From sequence record OP558005.1: a DNA stretch of 64,000 nt, one strand, 5' to 3'. Below the pieces are notes generated by a model. It worked only from the letters and a program-made list of their open reading frames with translations. It was not told the origin of the DNA and did not search any database. The DNA is from Klebsiella phage vB_KpnM_VPA32. Below, piece after piece: positions 37,730 through 47,010 of this stretch (the stretch's first letter is position 1; every line of letters starts with the position of its first letter). The translations under genes were made by a program, and so were the position numbers.

Positions 37730-37984
37730 CTACTTACTTTTGTAATCAATTGTTATGCTAAAATCATTTTCTCCTAGATTATAACTGTGAGTTATCTCAG
37801 CATTATCAGAAGTGAATTCAGCGTCATGTGGGTTCTTGGGGTCGATGTGAATGTCCAAATCTAATACCTCCCTCATATACATTTTAAGCAAATAAGGGAT
37901 AGCATCGTAATCGGGCACTTCTTCCAGGAAACCTGCGAGGTTAATCGTCAGCCTCATATAAAAAATCCAAGTTCGGACCTTCAT
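37730..37984 (-). CDS. hypothetical protein
   Basis: 84-aa ORF downstream of gene 55. Confidence 0.4.
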   Translation of the reverse strand: MKVRTWIFYMRLTINLAGFLEEVPDYDAIPYLLKMYMREVLDLDIHIDPKNPHDAEFTSDNAEITHSYNLGENDFSITIDYKSK

Positions 37985-38474
37985 CTACAACATCGCTCTT
38001 TTTGTCAGACCCTGGCTGTTTGTAGGTGGAGGTTTCGTAATGCGTCATTTTATCGTAGATGTCTTGAATAAAAGTTTCATCTACTAACGCAACCATATCA
38101 TCGTCACGAGCGTCATAGACGTTGTGAACAAAATAGCTGTACTTTTTAGCAACTTCCTTACGTTCTTTCTTGATACGTTGGACAAATGCGTTAAAGCAAG
38201 CACGGGTTATATACGCATGCGGGTTGTCGTACTTTGTTTCATCGAAGTTGTGTAGACCCTTAATAGAAGCTTCTACACCGTCTGAAATCATTTCATCTTT
38301 CCAAGAGCGGGTGTACCCCGAAAAGTTAAAACGCTTACTCAGACCCTCAGATATCAACATAATTGCTCTGCCGATAGTATCATTCTGACGAACGGGTTTA
38401 CCAGCTTCGCGACATTGCTGTTTCCATTCAGTGATGGCTTTCAGCAACTCCTTATTATTTACATAGTTAGCCAT
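37941..38474 (-). CDS. 55: late-transcription sigma factor gp55
   Basis: [76 protein letters not shown] match T4 gp55. Confidence 0.92.
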   Translation of the reverse strand: MANYVNNKELLKAITEWKQQCREAGKPVRQNDTIGRAIMLISEGLSKRFNFSGYTRSWKDEMISDGVEASIKGLHNFDETKYDNPHAYITRACFNAFVQRIKKERKEVAKKYSYFVHNVYDARDDDMVALVDETFIQDIYDKMTHYETSTYKQPGSDKKSDVVDEGPNLDFLYEADD

Positions 38475-38540
38475 ATTACCTCTTCCGCTTCATTTAATAA
38501 GAATATTATAACACGTTTGGAGGAAGGGTATTTTAAGCAT

Positions 38541-38837
38541 CTATTTAAGGAGTTCGTAAAGCTTAAAGCACTTAATCATAAGTTTGCGGAAAGTAACAAA
38601 GTCAAGTTCAGGTTCGAAAGCGTTTTCATTACAGAATCTGAGCCATGATTTCCAAAGTTCGATGTAGCCATTTTCGTTCAGCTTTGATACATGACCTCGC
38701 CAAACATATTCAAGGCTAGGACCATGTTCATTTGAATCTGAGAATGTAATTCCCATCCATTTATCAACGAAAAATTCACCTAATCCAATTACTCGGAATG
38801 ACGCGATTTCAATATCTTCTAAAGTCACTTGGCTCAT
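38541..38837 (-). CDS. hypothetical protein
   Basis: 98-aa ORF. Confidence 0.45.
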   Translation of the reverse strand: MSQVTLEDIEIASFRVIGLGEFFVDKWMGITFSDSNEHGPSLEYVWRGHVSKLNENGYIELWKSWLRFCNENAFEPELDFVTFRKLMIKCFKLYELLK

Positions 38838-39085
38838 AGGTCAAATACCTTGAATGTATCTTCAATTAAAGTCTTGAACGTATTGTAGTGCATAGGTTCA
38901 AGGTCTTCGCAAGTTTCTTCACAAAATTCGCGGTAAAGAATATCTGAAGTGTAATCGCGGAAAATAGCAATATCAGATTCCCAGTAAGCACCAGTCTCTT
39001 CATCAGAGAAATAAACGGTACCATCACGGCGAATAACCCAGTCGCCGTAGTTCAATACAGTGAGCATGATTTGATTGTATTTCAT
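38834..39085 (-). CDS. hypothetical protein
   Basis: 83-aa ORF, coupled. Confidence 0.45.
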   Translation of the reverse strand: MKYNQIMLTVLNYGDWVIRRDGTVYFSDEETGAYWESDIAIFRDYTSDILYREFCEETCEDLEPMHYNTFKTLIEDTFKVFDL

Positions 39086-39309
39086 AGGACAAGTTCCTTA
39101 GCACATTCAATAGCTTCATCCATACTTCCGAATGCATCTACTGAGTGATAATCTTTCCCAGTGTATTCATAAACCCACCAGGCGTCAAAATCTTCTTCAA
39201 TAACGAAATCAACATCGTTCTTTGAAGTACCTTCAATCATCAAGCGACCGTCTTCAGTTCGCTTTGTTTGAAATCCGGCTAGATGCAGATCATTTTCAAT
39301 TTCATTCAT
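39082..39309 (-). CDS. hypothetical protein
   Basis: 75-aa acidic ORF, coupled. Confidence 0.45.
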   Translation of the reverse strand: MNEIENDLHLAGFQTKRTEDGRLMIEGTSKNDVDFVIEEDFDAWWVYEYTGKDYHSVDAFGSMDEAIECAKELVL

Positions 39310-39644
39310 TTGGCAGCCTTAACAATCTTGAGGTCAACGAAGCCTTTCTTACGCTGGTTCTTCATCTTACGGATGGTGCTGTCAGAGATTTCTTTACGCT
39401 TTATAGTTGGAATACCAAAAGCATCAAGATTGAATTCAGACAGAATGTAAGCAACGACCAGTTCGCGGATACGAGCTTTACCAATCTTCTGGTCATTTTC
39501 TTTCATGGTGCCGTGCAACTCAACTTCCCACTTATCCAGCAACTTAGGAGTCACGATAACGTCTTTGAACTCACCATCAACTTTCATTGCTTCTACCTTC
39601 GGGAATACGAAAGCGTTCAGTACGTTTTTGATAGCCTGTGACAT
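39306..39644 (-). CDS. hypothetical protein
   Basis: 112-aa ORF. Confidence 0.45.
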   Translation of the reverse strand: MSQAIKNVLNAFVFPKVEAMKVDGEFKDVIVTPKLLDKWEVELHGTMKENDQKIGKARIRELVVAYILSEFNLDAFGIPTIKRKEISDSTIRKMKNQRKKGFVDLKIVKAAK

Positions 39645-39709
39645 ATTGATTTCCTCATTTTAACTAAGTTTGACATAAGAGATTCTATTCTGAATCCCTT
39701 ATAGCAAAA

Positions 39710-39976
39710 TTAGCAGTTTTTAATATGCTCGTAGATAGCACGAGTCAGTTCAGATGCTTCTTCTTTGTTGATGTCTGAAATCAAAGCGTAGATAGCATTA
39801 GTGATTGAACTTGGGCGATGGCGCGCAGTGCTGATTGCAACTTCTGTCATACAAGAACGTCCGCGGAAGATGATTTCAACATTGTTGATTTCAATATTCA
39901 TGCGTTCTTGGTCACGGGATTCAGAACGTACCAGAACTTCCAGTTCAACAGAAACTTTCTTTTTCAGTAAAATCAT
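39710..39976 (-). CDS. hypothetical protein
   Basis: 88-aa ORF immediately downstream of an early promoter. Confidence 0.45.
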   Translation of the reverse strand: MILLKKKVSVELEVLVRSESRDQERMNIEINNVEIIFRGRSCMTEVAISTARHRPSSITNAIYALISDINKEEASELTRAIYEHIKNC

Positions 39977-40003
39977 GTTACTCTCCTTGGTTGATGTAAG
40001 AGT

Positions 40004-40033
40004 ATAGTAACACCTTCTGCAACAGATGTAAAC
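40004..40033 (-). promoter_or_regulatory. T4-type early promoter
   Basis: GTTTAC 40028-40033, 18 nt, TACTAT 40004-40009; preceded by a terminator. Confidence 0.55.
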
Positions 40034-40052
40034 GGTCCATAGAAATAAAAAT

Positions 40053-40071
40053 GGGGACCACCAGGGTCCCC
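40053..40071 (-). terminator. intrinsic terminator after nrdH
   Basis: GGGGACC/GGUCCCC stem followed by AUUUUUAUUU. Confidence 0.55.
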
Positions 40072-40122
40072 GAAGATGTGAGCCATATGTTTATATGGGC
40101 TTCAAAAGAAAGTGTCTTAGAG

Positions 40123-40461
40123 TTAATCCAGTGAATCGAGGTCGTAACCTAGTTCACCAAGTCTCTCTTTTATTGTTCTTAGATTTGGGTAATATACACC
40201 ACCGAGGATGACGACCGGGTAATTGACTCGCTTGCTTGGGAAAACTCCTGAGGCTTTAGCGGCTTCTTCAATCGCTTTGTAGTTGTATTGGACGTCACCG
40301 GCCATGTAGATAACGTCGATGAACTCATACGGAATTTTGAATTCGTCAAAAATTTCTTTGACTGCTGCGCAACCAGCGCAGCGATAGACGTCTTCCGGAA
40401 TTCCATAAATTTTAGCTCTTAGTTGTGAGTTTTCCATTGACTGTAACCTCAAGCTTATCAT
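40123..40461 (-). CDS. nrdH: glutaredoxin/NrdH-like redoxin
   Basis: CAGC CxxC motif; just downstream of nrdG as in T4. Confidence 0.55.
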   Translation of the reverse strand: MISLRLQSMENSQLRAKIYGIPEDVYRCAGCAAVKEIFDEFKIPYEFIDVIYMAGDVQYNYKAIEEAAKASGVFPSKRVNYPVVILGGVYYPNLRTIKERLGELGYDLDSLD

Positions 40462-40687
40462 CTAAACCAATATCCTTAAGCGCATCAGTCATTCGACGAA
40501 TACGAGCAGTAACTTCTTCAGGAGAAAGTTTAGGCTTATCATCAGTCTTCGGAGCGATAATCACTGCCAGTCCGAATACCAAGAGTGCAGGTACAGCAAC
40601 AATAATTCCGTAAGCAATAACAATATAAGCCAGAAGCTTAGATAAAGCAGTTCGAGTTCCGTTGAAGAAAGATTTGATATGTTTCAT
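40412..40687 (-). CDS. small membrane protein
   Basis: 91 aa with one clear TM helix (IVIAYGIIVAVPALLVFGLAVII). Confidence 0.4.
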   Translation of the reverse strand: MKHIKSFFNGTRTALSKLLAYIVIAYGIIVAVPALLVFGLAVIIAPKTDDKPKLSPEEVTARIRRMTDALKDIGLDDKLEVTVNGKLTTKS

Positions 40688-40786
40688 GTTTTTCCTTAGG
40701 AGAAAGTTACGATACCAGCGAAAACGTACAGAGCAGGGAATTCTTCGCCCCAGCTTTGAATGATGAAGTTTGCGTTTAGCGCGAGT

Positions 40787-41272
40787 CTATTCAGGATGTT
40801 CATTGTATTCCTCATTCCAAGTTCCGCTGTTAATCCACAGCCTTTGATTATCACTGCCTCTCCAAAGCTTTTTATTTGGTAGAGACTGTTCATATTTACC
40901 ATCGATAATAACATCAACATAATTTAGCAGTTCCAAGTCCTTGATATCTTCGAACTTGTAACCCGTCCACATCCAAACGTCTTTGTGAGGGTGACTAGTA
41001 TGTAAGCACTTAAGCAGTGCTTCTATAGTTTCTCTATTGTCTGGATAAAGAGGGTCTCCACCAGTAATAGTGATTCCTTGAATGTAATCAGGCTCAAGAA
41101 GCTCTCTGATTTCACCAATCGTTTCACCGGTGAACTCTGTTCCATTGCGTGGATTCCATGTAGACTTATTGTAACATCCTTCGCATTTATGCAAACACCC
41201 GGTGACGAAAAGAACGACCCTGCAACCAGGGCCATTCACAAAATCACAAGGATAGATTCTGTCATACTTCAC
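40787..41272 (-). CDS. nrdG: anaerobic ribonucleotide reductase activating protein (radical SAM)
   Basis: CDFVNGPGCRVVLFVTGCLHKCEGC radical-SAM cluster. Confidence 0.9.
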   Translation of the reverse strand: MKYDRIYPCDFVNGPGCRVVLFVTGCLHKCEGCYNKSTWNPRNGTEFTGETIGEIRELLEPDYIQGITITGGDPLYPDNRETIEALLKCLHTSHPHKDVWMWTGYKFEDIKDLELLNYVDVIIDGKYEQSLPNKKLWRGSDNQRLWINSGTWNEEYNEHPE

Positions 41273-43091
41273 AGTGTTTTGTCCTGTGCATTATTTCTTT
41301 ATTTTTACCAAGATTAAATCCGCGTTCAGACGGATTGCCAAGATATCCGCAAGTGCGTCGGATTGTGTTCATCTTTTTAGGGTCTGATTCACCACATTCA
41401 TGACAGACGAATCCATTTTCAGTTGGAGTCATTTCATGAGTTGAACCGCATGTAAAGCATTTATCAACTGGCATGTTTACACCGAAGTAATCAAGATGCT
41501 CAACAGCATAATCCCACACAGCTTCAAGCCCTTTGAGATTGTTCTTCATATCAGGAAGTTCTACATAACTGATATGACCACCCTTAGCGATGAAGTGGAA
41601 AATAGATTCACGGTCAATTTTACCAAATGGCGAAATCTTTTCTTCTACTGAAACATGGAAGCTGTTAGTGTACCACCCTTTATCGGTGACGCCTTTAATG
41701 TCACCATGGACCTCAGCATCAATCTTACAGAAGCGATAACACAAATTCTCTGCTGGAGTTGAATAAAGACTAAAAGCAAATCCAGTTTCTTTAGTCCATT
41801 CAGCGAGATAATCATTCAAGCATTTCAGAAGAAGCTTACCGATATCAGCACCCAATAGAGTTTGAACTTCATGGATTCCGATATACCCTAATGAAATTGA
41901 AGAACGACCGTTTCGGAAGATGTCGAGAATCTCGTCATTTGGCTTAAGACGAACACCAAAAGCGCCTTCTTGATAAAGAATAGGAGCTACCGAAGCTGTT
42001 ACACCACGGAGTGATTCAATACGAGCCAAAAGAGCTTCTTTACAAATCTTCAAACGGTCATCAAGAATATGGAAGAACTTGGTCAAATCTGGACGACCAT
42101 CAACCATACAATCGAGTGCTACTCGTGGAAGGTTAATTGTCACTACACCAAGATTATTACGACCATCGAGAATTTCTTCGCCATCTTTGTTCTTCCATAC
42201 ACCAAGGAATGAACGACACCCCATTGGAGAAACTGGAACAGAAGAGCCAGTGATTAGACGGTTATTCTTTGAACTAATGATGTCAGGATACATTCGCTTA
42301 CTTGCACATTCCAATGCAAGTTGTTTGATGTCATAGTTCACATCAGTAGGATGAAGGTTAATTCCTTCTTCAACAAACATAACGAGCTTAGGAAAAATCG
42401 GAGTGATTCCGTCTCGTCCAAGACCTTTGATTCTATTTTTGAGAATAGCTTTTTGAATCATTCGTTCATAATCGCTTGTACCGGTACCAAAGGTAATTGT
42501 CACGAATGGAGTTTGTCCATTTGAACTGAACAGAGTATTGACTTCATATTCATAAGCTTGGAATGCGTCGTATACGTCTTTTTCTGTTTTCTCAATCGCG
42601 TATACATAGTCATTGACATGCTCAATGCCGTATCTTTCTGCATCGTGTAAATGCTTAAAGAAAGTCTTCTCTACAAAAGGAGCAAGTACAACATCAACAT
42701 TAGCAAATGTCGTTCCACCATATTGATGTGAAGCTACTTGAGCAGTGATTTGAGCCATAATAGCAGTTGCTACACCAATTGACTTTGGAGTCTCAATTTG
42801 AGCATTACCAAGTTTAAATCCATTGCTGAGCATACCCTTCAAATCGACTAAGCAACAGTTAGTGAATGGAAGAGCTGGAGAATAGTCTAAGTCATGAAAA
42901 TGAATAAGACCTTTATCATGAGCATTTAGAACAGTAGGAGAGATAACCTGACGAGCAATGTGTTTTGAAACAATTCCTGCCATCAGGTCTCGTTGAGTTG
43001 GAAAAACACGAGAATCTTTATTGGCATTCTCGTTGAGTAAGTCTTTGTTGGTGCGGTTGATTAAACCCTGGATTTCTGATTCAATTGTCAT
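41262..43091 (-). CDS. nrdD: anaerobic ribonucleoside-triphosphate reductase
   Basis: 609 aa; C-terminal glycyl-radical motif RTCGYLG; Cys zinc site CFTCGSTHEM...CHECG; no intron. Confidence 0.93.
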   Translation of the reverse strand: MTIESEIQGLINRTNKDLLNENANKDSRVFPTQRDLMAGIVSKHIARQVISPTVLNAHDKGLIHFHDLDYSPALPFTNCCLVDLKGMLSNGFKLGNAQIETPKSIGVATAIMAQITAQVASHQYGGTTFANVDVVLAPFVEKTFFKHLHDAERYGIEHVNDYVYAIEKTEKDVYDAFQAYEYEVNTLFSSNGQTPFVTITFGTGTSDYERMIQKAILKNRIKGLGRDGITPIFPKLVMFVEEGINLHPTDVNYDIKQLALECASKRMYPDIISSKNNRLITGSSVPVSPMGCRSFLGVWKNKDGEEILDGRNNLGVVTINLPRVALDCMVDGRPDLTKFFHILDDRLKICKEALLARIESLRGVTASVAPILYQEGAFGVRLKPNDEILDIFRNGRSSISLGYIGIHEVQTLLGADIGKLLLKCLNDYLAEWTKETGFAFSLYSTPAENLCYRFCKIDAEVHGDIKGVTDKGWYTNSFHVSVEEKISPFGKIDRESIFHFIAKGGHISYVELPDMKNNLKGLEAVWDYAVEHLDYFGVNMPVDKCFTCGSTHEMTPTENGFVCHECGESDPKKMNTIRRTCGYLGNPSERGFNLGKNKEIMHRTKHCEV

Positions 43092-43561
43092 TTTAAACTC
43101 TTACGAAGTTGCTTTTTGAATGAAGCAACAAGCTTTGGTTTGGAATCATCTTCAGAATAGGTAAACCCGTAAGCATTCATTTCAGCTATCATCTCGGGTT
43201 TACCAAGTCGACTGAATTCTTTTGACTTATCGCCAATGAAATTAGGATGAATGTTGTTTTTAGTATAGTCATTCTTCAGATAGGTCAGCAAACTCTCAAG
43301 CCACTCGAGGTAGTCGACTTCACGACCTTTCAAACCAGAGCGGTTGAACTTATGCTTCATTTGACCTTCTGCTGCGTTACACAAATTACACAGTAAACCA
43401 CGAACTTTACCAGCTTTTGGCCCGTTCAATTCATGGTCGTGGTCAAGGTGGTTACTTTGAACATCGCTGTCTAATTCGCGTTTACAAATAGGACAGATAC
43501 CATGCTGTGCATCAAATAGTCTTTGTTTTTCTTCTTTGTAGAGTTTGCTAGTCAATAACAT
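43088..43561 (-). CDS. 49: endonuclease VII (Holliday junction resolvase)
   Basis: 157 aa; HLDHDHELNGPKAGKVRGLLCNLCNAAEGQMKHKFNRSGLKG nearly identical to T4 gp49. Confidence 0.92.
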   Translation of the reverse strand: MLLTSKLYKEEKQRLFDAQHGICPICKRELDSDVQSNHLDHDHELNGPKAGKVRGLLCNLCNAAEGQMKHKFNRSGLKGREVDYLEWLESLLTYLKNDYTKNNIHPNFIGDKSKEFSRLGKPEMIAEMNAYGFTYSEDDSKPKLVASFKKQLRKSLK

Positions 43562-43595
43562 AGTTCACCTCAGTATTAGATGAACTATTTATAGT

Positions 43596-44060
43596 TTAGA
43601 ACTTCCTGGAGTTAAACTCCAATTGAGATTCAAGCCAACGAATATAATCTGCAGCAGCTTGCATCAAATCGTATTCTTCGGAATCACAATTTTCTTGACC
43701 AGCCATTTTATAGAGCTGCGCAGTGATATCTTTTCCGTTAAAAAGGTTACGAGGGATATCTTCAGAAGAGCCGTATTGGTCAGAAGAAAGTTCTTCAAGT
43801 TCTTCTAAATGATCAATCTCATCAGAGTAGAAGCACCAGAACCATGAATCTTGACCACTAATTTCTGGATGAGTAGCAGTTTTAACATGAACATAAGGGC
43901 CGTTCTTAAATTGAACAGAAGTCATGCCAGTTGATTCGCCTACTTTACTGATGCTCAGAACTTTAAATTCCGCACCCTTTACAAATTCAGGGAATTGAGA
44001 AAGCAGCTCTTCATCTTCTTCAATAACACGAAAAACTTTATTCAGGAAACTCATATCCAA
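43596..44060 (-). CDS. hypothetical protein (pin/49.x position)
   Basis: 154-aa acidic ORF. Confidence 0.45.
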   Translation of the reverse strand: MDMSFLNKVFRVIEEDEELLSQFPEFVKGAEFKVLSISKVGESTGMTSVQFKNGPYVHVKTATHPEISGQDSWFWCFYSDEIDHLEELEELSSDQYGSSEDIPRNLFNGKDITAQLYKMAGQENCDSEEYDLMQAAADYIRWLESQLEFNSRKF

Positions 44061-44168
44061 ACTCCATATCGATTAATTCATTGTTGGTAGGTTCATTATA
44101 ATCATTTTCAGGAAAGCTTTCTTCTTCCTCTGGCTCGAGGGTTTCCCAACGAGCCGCGTACCAAGGTT

Positions 44169-44480
44169 TTAGAGCGTAACCCATTCTGTGATAGTCTTAG
44201 TTACAACGCGTTCGCGTTTTTCAACTAGTGAAACATCAGGTTCCATGTAATACCAGTCAGTATGATACGAACCAGAACGAGTTTCATTTACAGCGACGTG
44301 AACGTCATGTTTCTTGCTGTAGTAAACTACTTGACGATATTGATACTTGTGGTTCTGAGTCCATTCATCATGGTCTACTTCTTCAAGATAATCAGAGTCT
44401 TCAAAGTCGTAATACTCTGAATGCCCATCATGGTCTTCCATGATTTCTTTCAGAATTTTTTCTTTCATTTCAGAAATCAT
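44169..44480 (-). CDS. hypothetical protein
   Basis: 103-aa ORF. Confidence 0.45.
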   Translation of the reverse strand: MISEMKEKILKEIMEDHDGHSEYYDFEDSDYLEEVDHDEWTQNHKYQYRQVVYYSKKHDVHVAVNETRSGSYHTDWYYMEPDVSLVEKRERVVTKTITEWVTL

Positions 44481-44649
44481 TATTCACCTCGCAAAGTTTC
44501 AAGAACTTCATCATCAACCCAAGATTCTAAACCACTTGGAAGAGAACGTTCGACTTCCCAAAGTAAAGCTTCGCATTCGCGAAGACGAGCAAGCTCAGCA
44601 GAGCAAATTACTTCTTCTGTCTTTGGGTCAATCAATACAGAGTTCAGAC

Positions 44650-44931
44650 TCATTTCAAATATTCCTTCAATTCAGTAAATCCACCGATAGGCGAACCTTT
44701 TTCATCAAAAATCTGGGGCATTGTCAGACCAACACGAGATGGTCTATTCAGACGCGTCAGAAGCTCAGAGATAACTTCTTCATTAAAGATTGGTGTACCA
44801 TCTTCATTATTACCTGAAGTCACAGAGATGAACTCGTAATCTTTACGTTTAGCATCTAACAGACGCTTAGAGTTAATGCATGGAACACATTTAAAATGCT
44901 TGCTGTCGTAACCGAAAACCTTGAATGTCAC
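44650..44931 (-). CDS. nrdC: thioredoxin/glutaredoxin NrdC
   Basis: FKVFGYDS..KCVPC...GLTMPQIF..GSPIGGF..LKEY matches T4 NrdC; likely GTG start with GAGGA Shine-Dalgarno. Confidence 0.7.
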   Translation of the reverse strand: MTFKVFGYDSKHFKCVPCINSKRLLDAKRKDYEFISVTSGNNEDGTPIFNEEVISELLTRLNRPSRVGLTMPQIFDEKGSPIGGFTELKEYLK

Positions 44932-45184
44932 TAGAGATGTCCTCAATAACTGATGAGACTACTTTATCGTAGTCGGGGTGTTTTTGCGTGCGATGGTCCC
45001 ATTTAACACCAAGACGTTTTGCAACTTCACGGTTAATTGAGCCAAACGCAAATGAATGAGCACGGGTTAAAGCACTCTTCAAAACTGAATAAGAATCCGG
45101 CATTTTACCATGGTCTTTATGATAAGCTACCATCATTCGGAGGAGGCTGTCTTCAGCCTCAATCATATATTCTTTACGGCTCAT
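44891..45184 (-). CDS. hypothetical protein
   Basis: 97-aa ORF. Confidence 0.4.
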   Translation of the reverse strand: MSRKEYMIEAEDSLLRMMVAYHKDHGKMPDSYSVLKSALTRAHSFAFGSINREVAKRLGVKWDHRTQKHPDYDKVVSSVIEDISSDIQGFRLRQQAF

Positions 45185-45474
45185 AGTTCTTTTAATCTCT
45201 TATAAGACTCGTGAGCTGCAACAGCAATCTTTTCACTCATTGGAAGAGAAGTGTTAGGTTGACTATTCAATTGATGATATGCATATGTTTTGAACATTAT
45301 AACATCAAAATCAATTGAAGCGTGAAGAGAACGATGGACATGGTCCATGTTAAGATTTTCACCTTTTTCTTCAGCGTATTGAAGACAAATACGCCCAGCA
45401 ACTTCGCGAAGCTCTTTAAACAGAGATTTCATCTCTTCAGTTTCAGAAATAGCACTACTTTGAAATGGATTCAT
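45181..45474 (-). CDS. hypothetical protein
   Basis: 97-aa ORF, coupled. Confidence 0.45.
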   Translation of the reverse strand: MNPFQSSAISETEEMKSLFKELREVAGRICLQYAEEKGENLNMDHVHRSLHASIDFDVIMFKTYAYHQLNSQPNTSLPMSEKIAVAAHESYKRLKEL

Positions 45475-45806
45475 TTGACCGCCTTAACACCAGGAATGTT
45501 GCGGATGACTTCTAACACTTCGTCAAAATCGTCTTTGTTGACTGTGACCACAATAGTGCGAGTTGTTTGCTTCTTTTTCCAACGCTTAAAGAAAGTTTCT
45601 AAACGAAGGTCATGAGCTGTAAAACTGTCTTCATCATTTTTATAGACGTAACCAGACTCAATTGTAACTACTGCATCTGGAGCTGGGTCTTCATAATCTT
45701 CAACTTCTACACCATCAAACAGAATCAGTGTATCATCGTGATAATAACCTTCCCAAAAGGCTTCATCGTTATAGAATTCTTTCCAAAGTGCACCAGTAGT
45801 TTTCAT
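45471..45806 (-). CDS. hypothetical protein
   Basis: 111-aa ORF, coupled. Confidence 0.45.
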   Translation of the reverse strand: MKTTGALWKEFYNDEAFWEGYYHDDTLILFDGVEVEDYEDPAPDAVVTIESGYVYKNDEDSFTAHDLRLETFFKRWKKKQTTRTIVVTVNKDDFDEVLEVIRNIPGVKAVK

Positions 45807-46318
45807 TTCTTCACCTCAGGGAAAGCGGCAGCAATACGTTCAGCAATTGCTTTATCAAGCATATTACCAAAATGATTATTGATATGAGAAACAATCATTC
45901 GTTCCCAACGTTGTTCAGTCATTTGAAGAGTTTCTTCAATGCGGTTTTCTAATTTTTTAGCAGCTTCTTCAATGCATTTAGCGATTTTGTCTTGAATGAT
46001 ATTTTGAGCAACTTCAATAGCTTCTTTACGCATTGCTTGGTCTAACTCAAACGTTGAGTCATAGTTATTCCAACCGCGCTTAGTGAAGAAAGTTTTGAGT
46101 TCAGTTTCAACAGCAGCTTTTACTGAAGGAACACGGGCACCAAGTAATTCAATTTCCTGCGAAACTGCTTTACGAATTTTGTTATCAGAGTCTTTAAGCA
46201 CCATCTCTTTGACGATGTTCTGAATAACTGACTGTTGCAAGGCGGCACGAATTTCTGTTCCTTCTGGGAACAGTTGACGGATTGTGTTGGTGTCTAATTT
46301 TAAATCAATGAGTGACAT
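45803..46318 (-). CDS. hypothetical protein
   Basis: 171-aa helical ORF. Confidence 0.45.
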   Translation of the reverse strand: MSLIDLKLDTNTIRQLFPEGTEIRAALQQSVIQNIVKEMVLKDSDNKIRKAVSQEIELLGARVPSVKAAVETELKTFFTKRGWNNYDSTFELDQAMRKEAIEVAQNIIQDKIAKCIEEAAKKLENRIEETLQMTEQRWERMIVSHINNHFGNMLDKAIAERIAAAFPEVKK

Positions 46319-46330
46319 AATAATTTCCTC

Positions 46331-46756
46331 TTAAATATCTGAATTCATCCAATCAATAGACGATTTAGGTAAACATACTATCACAGAAAAGAAGAAAGCA
46401 AGTATATAAGTGATAATATAAAGGAACGCTGAACCAAATGACCAAGCAGCATTCCAGCCTTGACGATACTCTGAATAGATTAACTCAGGTCGTATTTCCA
46501 AATCGTACATTGAACCAACTTGTGCCATGCTATAAAATGCAGGTGAAATTTCTCGGTCAAATCTTCGTCCGTTTTGGTCTTCATATACCGCGATGAATTC
46601 CAGATGAGAGTACTTACCGCTTGAGGTTCCGGAATAAAGTTGAACTAATTCTGCTTTAATGAGCTGGTCTTTTGAAAAGTCAGGACGCACATCAGTGAAA
46701 ATAGAGAAACACCAAAAGCAAATCGCTGCTACGAGAAATTTCATACGGGTTGTCAT
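46331..46756 (-). CDS. membrane protein
   Basis: 141 aa; N- and C-terminal hydrophobic helices. Confidence 0.45.
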   Translation of the reverse strand: MTTRMKFLVAAICFWCFSIFTDVRPDFSKDQLIKAELVQLYSGTSSGKYSHLEFIAVYEDQNGRRFDREISPAFYSMAQVGSMYDLEIRPELIYSEYRQGWNAAWSFGSAFLYIITYILAFFFSVIVCLPKSSIDWMNSDI

Positions 46757-47010
46757 TTTAATTCCTTCACAAATTTATGAAAACAAATTCGGCATTTCAT
46801 CTGAAGTTGAGGAGTTTGCCAATTAACTAATTGTACTTGAATACTATCGCATTTTGGGCAAGGCGTAACTTGTTTAGCTGCTGCTTCACGGCGTTCAACC
46901 ATTTCCATCATCGCTTCCCAGCGAGTAGCGGCCAGAAGCCGCTCCATTCCTTCAGGGTCATCTAAAATTTCTTGACTTAAGTCAATATCTTCATGTAATT
47001 GCTTTTTCAT
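46753..47010 (-). CDS. zinc-ribbon protein
   Basis: 85 aa; CPKC...CRIC. Confidence 0.45.
   Translation of the reverse strand: MKKQLHEDIDLSQEILDDPEGMERLLAATRWEAMMEMVERREAAAKQVTPCPKCDSIQVQLVNWQTPQLQMKCRICFHKFVKELK

Noticed and set aside
40179-40406. Nested minus-strand ORFs inside nrdH, nrdG, gp47, gp46, gp44, gp45, gp41, rIIA, rIIB, tk (e.g. 40179..40406, 41023..41235, 36183..36389, 35386..35625, 32308..32496, 33180..33377, 22032..22229, 2475..2708, 1256..1447, 60406..60597)
   Set aside because: Alternative-frame shadows within genes that have strong homology support.
40696-40920. 74-aa ORF overlapping the 3' end of nrdG
   Set aside because: Overlaps nrdG by about 130 bp out of frame. At most a 35-aa hydrophobic peptide (40696-40804) with a GAGGAA Shine-Dalgarno could be real; too speculative to call.
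41262-43091. Looked for a group I intron or I-TevIII-like insertion in nrdD, and for an intron in tk
   Set aside because: nrdD is a continuous 609-aa frame ending in the glycyl-radical motif, and tk is intact; no intron present.
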